From Anthoceros angustus (lineage: Eukaryota; Plantae; Anthocerotophyta), in contig MU008188.1 in the NCBI GenBank assembly GCA_010909165.1, forward strand, positions 186,001-250,000: DNA of 64,000 nucleotides, given 5' to 3'. Each line of letters opens with the position of its first letter. Within the stretch, counting starts at the first letter, position 1. This document shows, piece by piece, positions 28,371 through 41,004 of the stretch. Position numbers and translations under genes: made by a program. The notes below the pieces were generated by a model that had not been told where the DNA came from, made no database searches, and saw only the letters and a program-made list of their open reading frames with translations.

Positions 28371-30104
28371 AAAGTCAAAGTTAAGCAAAGTCAAAGTCAA
28401 AGTCAAAGTCAAAGTTACTCATTGCAGCATGGTCAATTGCAGGGCTTAAGAGGCTAGGAAGTGCCCAGCCCCCGGCATTCGTTGCATGCCGAAGTGCGGA
28501 GTGGGGAGTAACAAGCTTGTGTGGTGTTCCACCGCACGCAGAAGGCAGGAGCGGGTGTTGCCTCCCAAGGGGTTGCCCAACTCGAGAGTGTGTGAAGCGG
28601 GCTTGCTGAGCGCAGTTGTTTAGGTTGGGGGCTTGATGTTGGTTGTGGATGCAGAGATTAGATGGGGACTATATTCGGCAATCAAGCAGAATGGCGACGA
28701 GGCATAGCAACGAAAGTCACACAATTCTTGGTTGCCAAGTCGAGAAGAAGGACAGGAGGCCCTACATTATACAAGGCCCAAGCGGCGGCGGACACAAGTC
28801 TACACATGCAGACAAATGGTGTTTCTAGAACACCATTACGGTGGAAAGTGAGACATCTTGCAACATAGAATCTATGAGCAAGATTTATCTATTTGGCCCA
28901 CTAACTTTGGGGAGCTCACCTTGCTCCGGATCCACAGAGAGTAGCACCACATTGGGTGCACTATTGAGCATTTGCTTACAGACTACAAGGACCTATATGA
29001 ACACAGGCTAAAGTCTGCAAAACTTAACTTGGTTTTGGCCAATTTATTGTGAACGAGCGTTTAAGAAGCTGGGGAATCATTTACTCATGCACCAGATCTT
29101 TGATGACTGGCCCCTGGACAACTTTTACGACGGTCTACGCATATGGGAAGTATGACGTTCTTGTGGATAAGCATATGCTTTCAATCGTTCGCTGGCCTTT
29201 TTCCATCACATAAAAACAAGAAGGTATGTTGTAAGTTGGCTTAATAAGTTTTACAGGTTGCTCAGTTTCCTGTGCACTAGAGAGTTAGTGTGGGACATGA
29301 GGCTATTGGAGCGTTTTTACCTCCTAAGTCAACAAGTAAGGGAGTATCTTTATGAAATACTGTGTTAACATTCGCAATTACGTAAAGGAGGCCTTGCCCA
29401 AGCAGCCTCCTTAGACAGATGCATCAGATGTGAAGCCTCAATTAAGGCAAGAGCTTGTAAACATTGCAAGTAACACATACAATCATGTGCCTGCTGGGGC
29501 ACAACTTTGGGATCCCGCTTATCCTAAATTTTATAGGTTTGGGCGGTGGTGAAAACGTATTGAATACTTTGGGCTCAAGGAAGGTTGTCTCGGTTTGGCA
29601 GGTAGGTGTGTGAGGAGCGTCGCAGTTGCTAATTACGGACAACAAGAAACACGATAATATTCATTCCAGCGGAATAAACAACGCCGTATCTGAGAAAATT
29701 GCCGCCGCTTGGAAGTTTTTGTCTAGTCACTAATTCATATTAAACATGGCACTTCAAAAGCACCCGCTCCTGCGCTTAGCAATCCATTAGAGTGGGATGT
29801 AACTTTTGTGTCCAAATCGTTTGAAATGATGGTGACAAGGTGCAGGAATGCTGGCGCCCAAGCGAAAATCCTTTGTCTAATTAGGCCATCTCCATAAGAG
29901 CATAGGGTGCTAACATATTGGCGCCTTCATTAGTATAACCCTAACCCTAGGGTTTAGGGTCTCGGCCTTGTTTTGACGAGCGTGCGGGTTAGGGCGCACT
30001 TCTGTAGGTCGAGGGTTATATACTATTCTGTCGAACTTTGTGTTGTGCAAAGGGCGCCGACATGCCTTCGACTTCTAAATTCTTTCACGAGTAACGACTT
30101 CAGG

Positions 30105-32590
30105 GCCCATTTTTGGTCCGTCCATGACACCCTATTGTAAACATGTCGGAGGGGTTCGGTATGGGAATTAGCAAGCCGACGCCAACCACCATACCTAGAC
30201 AGGTATTGCTCCTCCATAGGGCGTCGGCATGCCAGCGGCCTTAGATATATTTTCTGTGAGCGCCGGTGTGCATGCGTTCGCGTTAACACTAGGGCTTACA
30301 ACCACTTGTTGTGCACCCATGCATATTATGGCTTACATAAATTAGGCCATGTGTCGCTTGCTTGCACAAGAGAATGAGAAAGAACAGACCACCTTTGACA
30401 CTTCCGATGACAACGCAGCCTTGGTTGCTCACAAAGATGGTGTCCAACACACAAAACACATGTTCATTTGCTATGACCTTCGTAGAGAGATAGTCGCGGC
30501 CTGCAGTGAGCTCGAGAATAGGGAAGAAACTTGGCCGTGTCGTGTACCTCTTCACTGTTCTGATTCCAGTACAATTTACGATCATGAATATTAGGGCATG
30601 GGTAATTTCAAACAATATGCTTAGAAAACCGTTGAACTTTGAAAATAATTTCCATGATTTTGAGTCCAAGATTACGAATTATTAGAATAAGGGGATTGGA
30701 AACCGAACCAATTATCTATCACTTTTACAACACAAACTATGCTGGCCAAAATAAAGAAGCATGACTCGAACTAGTAATCTTGGATTTTAATCTCTCTCAT
30801 TTCAATCCATATTATCTATTCCTTAAGCTCTAGGAAAAATTTACCTTTAAAGGCGCCGGCATGCCGGTTCTCAAAAGAAGATTTGAATCCAAGATCTCTT
30901 GATTATAAACCTCAAGTCATTAACTTTCCCATACAACAATATAAGGAAACACAAAATATATGTTGAATGAGGACGCCGGCATGTGTCCGGCGTAAGATTT
31001 AGTGTCTTTTTTTGTAAGATTTAGGGTGCATTTGCATGTGTCCACCTTTGGTTTTGCTCCGCAAGTTTTTTAATGTTCCGAAGCATTCACACATAACACC
31101 GTAAACTAGGTCGGAAAGTTTTGCAGCAAGTTGTCCGGTGTTCCTCGCCTAAGGACTCAAATCCTACCACTCTCAGCCGATACTTCGAAACGCCTAAAAA
31201 ATGGAGAGCCTTTTGCCACTGCTAAGAGGGCTTGCTGTTGTTATTACAGACATTCATTGACAAGTGCGCTTTCATTCCACTTAATTGTCAATAAATTGTA
31301 ATATTACAATTTGTTTTGTCTAGGTCTTTTCCTTGGTGACACTTGATTATCGTCTCGCTTTGCAGCCCATTTTGGTCCGTCCATGACACCCTATTGTAAA
31401 CATGCCTGAGGGGTTCGGTATGGAATTAGCAAGCCGACGCCAACCACCATACCTAGATGTATTGCTCCTCCATAGGCGTCGGCATGCCGCCTTAGATATA
31501 TTTTCCGTGAGCCGGTGCATGCGTTGGCGTTAACACTAGGGCTTACAACCACTTGTTGTGCACCCATGCATATTATGGCTTACATAAATTAGGCCATGTG
31601 TCGCTTGCTTGCACAAGAGAATGAGAAAGAACAGACCACCTTTGACACTTCCGATGACAACGCAGCCTTGGTTGCTCACAAAGATGGTGTCCAACACACA
31701 AAACACATGTTCATTTGCTATGACCTTCGTAGAGAGATAGTCGCGGCCTGCAGTGAGCTCGAGAATAGGGAAGAAACTTGGCCGTGTCGTGTACCTCTTC
31801 ACTGTTCTGATTCCAGTACAATTTACGATCATGAATATTAGGGCATGGGTAATTTCAAACAATATGCTTAGAAAACCGTTGAACTTTGAAAATAATTTCC
31901 ATGATTTTGAGTCCAAGATTACAATTATTAGAATAAGGGGATTGAAACCGAACCAATTATCTATCACTTTTACAACACAAACTATGCTGGCCAAAATAAA
32001 GAAGCATGACTCGAACTAGTAATCTTGGATTTTAATCTCTCATTTCAATCCATATTATCTATTCCTTAAGCTCTAGGAAAAATTTACCTTTAAAGGCGCC
32101 GGCATGCCGGTTCTCAAAAGAAGATTTGAATCCAAGATCTCTTGATTATAAACCTCAAGTCATTAACTTTCCCATACAACAATATAAGGAAACACAAAAT
32201 ATATGTTGAATGAGGACGCCGGCATGTGTCCGGCGTAAGATTTAGTGTCTTTTTTTGTAAGATTTAGGGTGCATTTGCATGTGTCCACCTTTGGTTTTGC
32301 TCCGCAAGTTTTTTAATGTTCCGAAGCATTCACACATAACACCGTAAACTAGGTCGGAAAGTTTTGCAGAAGTTGTCCTGTTCTGGACTCAACTTACCAC
32401 TCTCGATACTCAAACGCCTAAAATGGAGAGCCTTTTGCCACTGCTAAGAGGGCTTGCTGTTGTTATTACAGACATTCATTGACAAGTGCGCTTTCATTCC
32501 ACTTAATTGTCAATAAATTGTAATATTACAATTTGTTTTGTCTAGGTCTTTTCCTTGGTGACACTTGATTATCGTCTCGCTTTGCAGCCA
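30105..32590. repeat. About 1.25-kb direct tandem duplication
   Basis: Identical ORFs at 30349-30594 and 31596-31841; junction near 31365. Confidence 0.95.
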
Positions 32591-32908
32591 CAGTTTTGAT
32601 TCTCTCCAATTCACCCTCTTCTTGGGAGGGGCTTGACCTCTGCAGAAATTGGTGGAATTATGCACGACATGGCACAAAGGACAACTGCTAGTGCCTTTGA
32701 TGCTAAGGCGGGCAATGAGTTCGAGGAAGAACCAAATCCTTGTGATCGCTGCATCTTACGCTCTCGCAAACATTGAACAGATCGAAGTAGATGATCTCTT
32801 GTCTCGTGATATGGGGCCTTGCAAGCGCAAGTATGTGTGTCTAGCTGACGGGTAGAGCATTAGCTATCATCTAGGCTGCGCTGGGTGCAGCTCATCATCA
32901 ATTCTTCT

Positions 32909-34690
32909 CTTCATCCAAAGTAAAAAAGAGTAAAAAATCTAAAAAACCCCAAAAAAGTCCCAAAAAGTCCAATTTTTTGAGGCAAGTGCGCGCACTTGCT
33001 CTAAAATTTTGATATTTTTGTGAATTTTTTGGTATGTTTTTGATATTTTTGTTGTTTTATAGGGTTTGTTTCGACGTTTTCAACCTTTTTTGTGCACCTC
33101 CTTAATGTGGATATATTCTTATCTTTACTTAGCCCTCATCTTTTTTCTAGTGGTTAAAACTTTGAACTAGTAGTGAGAACCTTTTACATCTTTTGAATCT
33201 TGAGACGATAGGCGTGGGCCCAACTCCTAGTGCAGACCATGCCACTCTCATTCTCGCACTGCACGTGGATCAAGAGCATCAGGTCAACGAAGATATTATT
33301 GTCCCGATGTGTAAGAAACAAACTCGTGTAAAATTCCCAGAGCGAGAGTATAGTCTTAGGATTGACTGGTATGAATGAAAGGTTGGTGTGCAAACAACCA
33401 CCATTGGTATTTTGCACACCAGAATTACAGCAAGCCCTAAAAACTCTAAACATTTAGAGTCCAACACCGCAATGATTGCCGGTGTTGAGACTGTTAGATG
33501 TAAGGCGCCGCATTTTGCGCATGAATTACGTGTCCGGTTTGAAAGAAAAGCGAGCGAGAATAGGACTTTAGGTTTTTGCCACGTACTTGCAATCTACAAT
33601 CTCAAATAACGTGTATCAAAACAATTATTCAAAAGGTTGAGGGTGACATGTCTGCAGAGAAATACCAAAAAGGCTGATTATAGTTCGCATTTTTTCAAGT
33701 GCAAAAAGGGGTCCGGCCACGTCCGTGTGCAAAAAGGGGTTTCAGCAGAAACCCCTTTCTACACAGACGCTGTTAAACCCTTCAAATGAACAGCCGAACT
33801 GCTCGTTAGGAAAAAATTAAAGGGTCTTCCCTTTAGGACTGACATGTAGATGTGCCCAAAGACTAACGGCAGATTCGCATGTGTCCGTCGTAACACATTC
33901 CAAAATGTGTTACGACGGACACATGCGAATGCACTAGGAGGCATGAACCATATGGGTTCATGCTCCTAGGCTGTTCTTGACCTTGGGTGTGCGCACTGGG
34001 CCCCCCTGCCCCCTGGTGCGTGCACCTGGGCCCCCTTGCCCCCTGGTACACGCACTTGTTCACCCAGCTGGGCCCTCTGACATGTTTGATGATAACCCGG
34101 TACTAGGTCACCGCCGGAAGAGACGGTTATACCGTAAAGGATAAAAAGGAGATAGCGTGTTCTTCGTCATACTAGGGCATAGGATAGATATATGAGAGCG
34201 GTCTAGGTAAACCTCCGCTGATGTCTGCTACTTGTTATTTTGTCGGGAGTTCCGACACATCCTCAGACCTCCAAAAGGACATGTTTCCCCATAAGAAGAT
34301 CATTTTTCGCGTAGTTTTGCACAGTGCACGCACAAGTTTGCGCATAGCGTTGGACCAGGCACGCACTTGTGCGCACCTAGGCCTCCCTGGAATACAAAAA
34401 CATAGAGAACCACACAAAATGTAGAAACTATGGACATGACGAAATTCTGGAACAATGAGGTCACTGACCCTTCATTACGCCGACTAAATCGCCATGAATC
34501 TGATTAGAGGGTGCTAGCTCGGTGTAAATGACTTGACAGGAAGTGGCACCGGAGCTGAGAATGCCAGAAACCGATGGACGAACATCTACAAAAAACAACA
34601 GAAACCAAACTAACTTGAGTTTTTGGCGAAATAGGGATTTTTACTAAAACCCCTTTTGACAGGAGAAACCCCTTTCTACACAGACGTTGT
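32909..34690. mobile_element. Two partial copies of the 45473-47304 TIR family: right arm (+, 32909-33773) and left arm (-, 33927-34690)
   Basis: Alignable by eye to 46463-47304 and to the reverse complement of 45473-46455; both end in TIR ...acccctttctacacagacg(c/t)tgt. Confidence 0.85.
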
Positions 34691-35669
34691 TGAACTTATT
34701 AAAGTTCGGCTTTAATAAATATGCAGGTACCAGGTAAGTGTATGGGTACGTGTTTCTTGTACAGGTAGCTTTTCCATCCATACCCCATGGCCAATAACAT
34801 TGCGGGTACGGCCTATAAGGCCACGTCATCACGGATCACGAAGAACAATCCCCACTTGTTGTTGAAAATGACATCCATCTCTCGTCAACCATGTGCGCCT
34901 AACCGCCCGCCGTTCCTAAGAATGCGATCCCCATTCCCTACATGCTTGCCCCGAGAGCACGGCCGATGTCCCGGCCTATGCTGCTGCAAATGCAATCGAT
35001 ACCCCTGCCCATGCGACCAATTAGGGTGCGAAAACTAGGAACCATCCGACGTAGATATCGTCCCAATATCTGGACGCACCGACCTCCCTCGTCCAAGGTC
35101 TAAAGCGCAAGATCACTTTGTTGATAATGACTAGTGTTTATTAGCCTGAAAGCTGCACGGAAGGTTCGTGCTTCCGATTCTCTGTTCATCCCGATGTCTC
35201 AACGGATGATGATGTGGCACTTGGCACTCCCGATCATACGGGCCATCATTAATGGCCATTGGGTATCCATTTGCAGCGAATAGGTAGGTATGTGCATATA
35301 TAGTTTCTTGCCCCTATTTCGTTGGCTGTGGAGGGCGAACCTGATCATAGGAGCGGGTCAAGCTACTTCCGTCAATCGGCAAAGAAGTTGCGGCTGGCCA
35401 TCACATGAAAGTAGAGTTTCCCATGTTCAATCCCGCGGATATCCATACCCGCATTCTGCATTCTGCGGTACACTCAACCATCGCATTTCACGTTGCACGC
35501 AATGCTTCGATTTAAATTTTTATTTTTATTTTAATTTCTGGCCTTGACACTTGGAATATTTTGGCATTTCGGCACAAGGTGGCCGTAATTACTATATGTT
35601 TTGGCATTTTTAAAAATTAATTGATTCGGTGTAGCGGAACCCCGGTGGCCTCTAGGGTACCTATAGATT

Positions 35670-36028
35670 ACTACCATATCCCGAGGGGTGATTCGGGCAT
35701 TAATTAATTAAAATGAGTAAAATTTGAAAATCCAGAAATTATTATACTTAAAATACTAAATGTGTAAAAATTTATGAGTTTAAGATGCGGAAAACAAGGA
35801 AACTAGGGTTTGTGTGGAAAATTAAGGCATGTTTAGGGGAGGTCTATACACATCCATTAGTTCTATATAGATATGTATGTATTCTAATAAATTTTAAAAT
35901 TTGATAAGAATATTTTTCATAAATGTTGAAATTTTGAAAATATAAATATTTAGATTGAACCTTATTGTTTTCAAAAAATAATTATTTCGGCATTACCCTG
36001 TTGAACTACCCCTCGGGGGTACGGTAGT
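35670..36028. mobile_element. MITE-like element with about 25-bp imperfect TIRs and AT-rich core
   Basis: actaccatatcccgaggggtgattc versus gaactacccctcgggggtacggtagt; no clear TSD. Confidence 0.5.
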
Positions 36029-36167
36029 CTATTTCATGTACTCTTTATTTCCGTTCAGTTCAGTTCAGTTTTGCACTCAAGCCCGCCGTGCATTCAATCG
36101 AAGCCCACCTTTGGCATTCTGCCGTAGTCTGATGTTAGACTCATCTTCCGACAGGGCTCCCTGAGCG

Positions 36168-39100
36168 ATGGCCTCAGTATGGCAGCCGGACCCGTTGTGG
36201 ACCCAACAAACTGGTTTGTGTACAGGGATGCTACAAGGGTCTCCCGCTCACCTCATCTTAGGGAGTCAACCCCTGGCAAACAAAGCCTCCAGGTGCAGCA
36301 GTGTAAGGAGCCCAGCACTTCCACTTCCGAGAAAACGTGTAGGTGGGGGCGGGTTTTCCAGTCTAAGCCAGCTTGGGTTGACAAGCAGTTCCTTTCCTTG
36401 GATATGCAGATGGGCCATGGTGCCTCTCCTTCTAAGTCGAGCTCTCCGGATAGTCCTGAACCTGGGAGGCGTGCAGAATCGGTAATGGGCTCCAGGTGCA
36501 GTAGTGTAAGGAGCCCATCATTTCCACTTCCACTTCCAAGAAAATGTGTGGGTGGGGACAAGTTTTCCAACGATGGTCGTCGCCAGGAGCAGGAGCACTT
36601 GTGGCAACATTTTTTTCTGGACCCGACCATGTGGTGGGACAACAGACGAGATAAGACGAGCTCCCGTTCGCCGGACTTCCGGCGTAAGGGGTCAGGCGAG
36701 GTGCTGTGGTTAAACAGCATGTTCAAGCCAGCTTGGGTTGATGAGGAGCTCGTCTCCTTGGACATGCAGACAGGTCAGGGTGCCTCTCCTTCCGAGTCTA
36801 GCTCTCCGGATAAGCCTGAACCTGGCAGGCGTGAAGGATCGGAAATGGGCGTCGTAACGGCTGGAACAGTGAGCACGTTATGTCAGCAGGGGAAGCTTTC
36901 TGAGGCCGTTGGAGCCCTGGAAGCTCTGGCGCAGACAGAGTCTTCTATTTCTCAGTCACAGCGAAGAAGGATGTGGTCGTGGGGCGACGAGTTCATGATC
37001 TCATTCTCAAACTGGGGTACGAGTCGGATGCATACTTGGGAAACCATATCTTGCGCATGTATGCTTGTGTAGGTAGGCTGCAAGAGGCCATGGATGTGTT
37101 CACCAGGGTGGGCAAACCAGATGCCTTCATGTGGTTTTCCATAATCTCCTCATACGCGAAACAGGGAAAGCCTCAAGAGGCCATACAACTGTACCATGAG
37201 ATGCGGAGGTCAGGAGTGAAGGCGAACGGTCACGTCTTTGTAGCTGCCCTTCAGGCTTGCACATTTGCCGCCGACTTGGAATCTGGCAGAAAAGTGCACT
37301 CTGATGTGCTGCACAGTGGCATTCCTTCTGACTTGTTTGTTGGCACCTGCCTGGTGGTCATGTATGCAAAATGTGGTGAACTGAAAGATGCACGCCAGGT
37401 TTTTGACAGCCTAGCCACGAAGAATGTGGTGACATGGACGACTCTGATTGCTGGGTATGCGCAACAAGGGCTCAGCCAAGAGGCACTCGTAGTGTATGAA
37501 CAAATGGAGCAGGAGGGCCTGCTTGTGGCTGACCATGTTACTTTTGCTTGCCTTCCGAAGGCCTGTGCAAGTGCCGGTGCCTTGCGGAAGGGTAGGCATC
37601 TGCACTTACAGATTGTGGAACGAGGACTGCTGGATGACACACTGGTGAGCAACTGTCTGGTGGACATGTACGCAAAATGTGGTGAACTGGAAAGTGCCCG
37701 GCAGGTTTTTGACAGCTTGGCCACAAAGGATGTGGTGACATGGAATGCCCTCATTGCTGGATACACCCAGCAAAGGCTCGGACATGAGGCACTTGCTGTG
37801 TATGGACAAATGGGGCAGGAAGGGCTGATTTTGGCTGACCATGTTACTTTTTCTTGCCTTCTGAAGGCCTGTGCAAGCACTGGTGCCTTACAGAAGGGCA
37901 GGCAGCTGCACTCACAGATTGTCGAAAGACGGCTGCCAGATAACGTTGTGCTGGGCAACTGCTTGGTGGACATGTATGCAAAATGTGGTGAACTGGAAGA
38001 TGCACGCCACGTTTTTGACAGCTTGGCGACGAAGACTGTGGTGACATGGACGGCCCTGATTGCTGGGTATGCACAGCAAGGACTGGCCAAGAGGCACTTG
38101 TTGTATGAACAAATGGAGCAGGAGGGCCTGATTTTGGCTGACCATGTTACTTTTGCTTGCCTTCTGAAGGCCTGTGCAAGTGGTGCCTTACAGAAGGGCA
38201 GCTGCACTCAGATTGTGGAAAGAGGACTGCTGGATGACACACTGGTGGGCAACTGCCTGGTGGACATGTATGCAAAATGTGGTGCACTGAAAGATGCACG
38301 CCAGGTTTTTGACAGCGTAGCCACAAAGGATGTGGTGACATGGACAGCGCTGATTGCTGGGTATTCTCAGCAAGGGCTCGGACAGGAGGCGCTTGTTCTG
38401 TACGGGCAAATGGAGCAGGAGGGGCTTATTTTGGCGGACCATTTTACTTTTTCTTGCCTGCTAAATGCCTGTGCAAGCACTGGTGCCTTACAAAAGGGCA
38501 GGCAGCTGCACTCACTGATTGTCGAACGAGGGCTGCTGGATAATGTTGTGGTAGGCAACAGCCTGGTAGACATGTATGCAAAATGTGGCAAATTGGAAGA
38601 TGCACGCCGGGTTTTTGACAGCTTGGCCACGAAGGATGTGGTCACATGGACGGTGCTGATTGCTGGGTATTCCCAGCAAGGACTCAGCCAAGAGGCGCTT
38701 GTGTATGGACAAATGGAGGGCCTCATTTTGGCTGACCATGTTACTTTTGCTTTCCTTCTGAAGGCCTGTGCAAGCACTGGTGCCTTACAGAAGGGCAGGC
38801 TGCTGCACTCACAGATTGTGGAAAGAGGACTGCTGGATGACATTGTGTTGGGCACCTACCTGGTGGACATGTACGTAAAATGTGGTGAAGTGGAAGATGC
38901 ACGCCAGGCCTTTGACAGCTTGGCCACAAAGGATGTGGTGACATGGAATGCCCTGATTGCTGGTTATGCACAGCAAGGACTCGGCCAAGAAGCACTTGTT
39001 TTGTATGAACAGATGGAGGAGGCGGGCCTTATTTTGGCTGACGATGTCACTTTTGCTTGCCTTCTGAAGGCTTGTGCAGGCACTGGTGCCTTACAGAAGG

Positions 39101-40137
39101 GCAGGCAGCTGCACTCACTGATTGTCGAAGAGGACTGCTGGATGACGTAGTGGTGGGCTGCCTGGTGGACATGTATGCAAAATGTGGTGAGCTGGAAGAT
39201 GCGCAGCATGAATACAAAGAATGTGGTGACATGCACCGCCCTGATATCTGGGTATGGTACTTGTGATGAAGGTCACAAGGCTCAGGCTTGTTTTGAGGAG
39301 ATGGTAGTTGCCGGTATTCAGCCTAATGGTGCTACTTTTACTTGCCTTTTAGTAGCATGCAGTCACGAGGGACTGGTCCAGGAGGGTCGCAAGCACTTTG
39401 ATTCCATGGCTGAACAGCATGGCATCAAACCTACTCTAGAGCATTACAATTGCATGATTGATCTTCTTGGGCGTGCGGGCCACTTAGATGAGGCTGAAAA
39501 GATGCTATTGTCATGTGAGGTCCAAAGTAATGTGGTGGGCTTGACGACTTTGTTGAATGCCTGCAAAAGTCACGGGGATGTAGAGAGGGCAATTTGGTGC
39601 TTTGAAAGCATTGTTAGGCTGGACCCTCAAAACGCGTCTGCGCATGTGCTCATGGCCAATGCCTATGCAGATGCAGGTAGGTGGAGCGATGTAGAGAGGA
39701 TTGAAACTCAGAGAATGGTAGCAGGAGCTAACAAGAAACCTGCAGTGGCGACCATTGAGGTGAATAAGCAGGTACACAGATTTGCAGTGGGAGAAAGGAG
39801 AGAGGATATTGCGCTTAAGGTAGAGAGCACGAATGCACGTCTGAAGCAGGAAGGAGGCCACGTACCTCACACAAACCTGGTGTTGAAGACCATGTGTGAG
39901 AAGGAAAAGGAAGATGCACTTTGTGGGCATGCTGAGAAGCTAGCTCTGGCGTTTGGTCTCTTGAACACTCCGAGTGGGACACCTCTGGTGGTGACGAAGA
40001 ATCTACGCATGTGCAGTGACTGCCACAGTTCCACGGCGATCATGTCAAGGCTTGAACAGAGAGGCATTGTTGTAAGGGATGGGTACCGTGTGCATCGATT
40101 CGCAAATGGTTGTTGCAGTTGTAACGGTCGACCGTGA
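36168..40137 (+). CDS. PDF-motif + PLS-PPR + E1/E2 + DYW:KP (GRP-ending) protein, candidate U-to-C editing factor; about 3 frameshifts as assembled
   Basis: Overlapping ORFs 36168/36179, 36973 and 39175. KKPAVATIEV, GHAEKLALAFGL, KNLRMCSDCH and C-terminal CSCNGRP. Confidence 0.88.
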
Positions 40138-41004
40138 GAGTACCCCCGTCGTCTATCCATCCTTCTCTACTTCTACACGCTCTGCTGTTGACCTGCATTT
40201 CCAGGGCTACCTTGGTTCACTTGCAGGATATCCCTCCAAGTCAAATTCACCGGGTGTGCGAAATGCAGGTAGGCAGCAGCTAGGGCTCCACAGTATATCC
40301 TGGGAGCAGAATGTCCTCTGATTCCTGTCCGGAATATCTCCTGAATTGATCACAAATCTCCGAATGGATCACTGCAATGCACAGGTTTGCGCACCAAAGT
40401 CTCAACTGTGGCTGCGGATGTGGAGTCGTCGGCGCCTGTAGAGTTCAGAACTTCAAATCGATCCCACTTGCGGTAGTATGAATCCCACTTGGAGTATGTA
40501 CATTCTTCCAATGGCCAGCTGGGCTGGGCTGGAGCCTCCGTGCAGCGTGCACGGCGTGTCTGCAGGATTTGCAAGTGGAGGATGCAGCCGCATGTTCGCA
40601 GAGCTGTGGACTCGAGACATCCGGAACTGCGGATAACTGCGCATGCGATGTTGCATGGTGGATAAGAGCTAACCTTAGACGCGTTCGGTGGTGGGCACGG
40701 TGGCCCACGAGAAAGATGGATGCCTGTAATCCTAATTTCACAGCGTCGTCGCGCATTCCTTGCGCAACGCCCAAACAGGGCCGCAAACACAGCGAAGCAT
40801 CCGGTGACAGCAATGCCTTGCAATTTGCCGGCCCCCCTCGCGGAACGCCCCAAACATGGTCGCAGGCAGGCCAGGTATTTAAGCGCTAGTCATCTCCACG
40901 CCGCCATCGCTGTGGTGACAGCTCGCCTTCCCGCAAGCAAGTCCTGATTACATACCAGTCCCCTCCTCCTCCTGGTTGAGCTTCCCCTTCGGGACACGTC
41001 CAAC

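Noticed and set aside
37251-38855. Long antisense ORFs over PPR genes
   Set aside because: Shadow frames of repetitive PPR coding sequence
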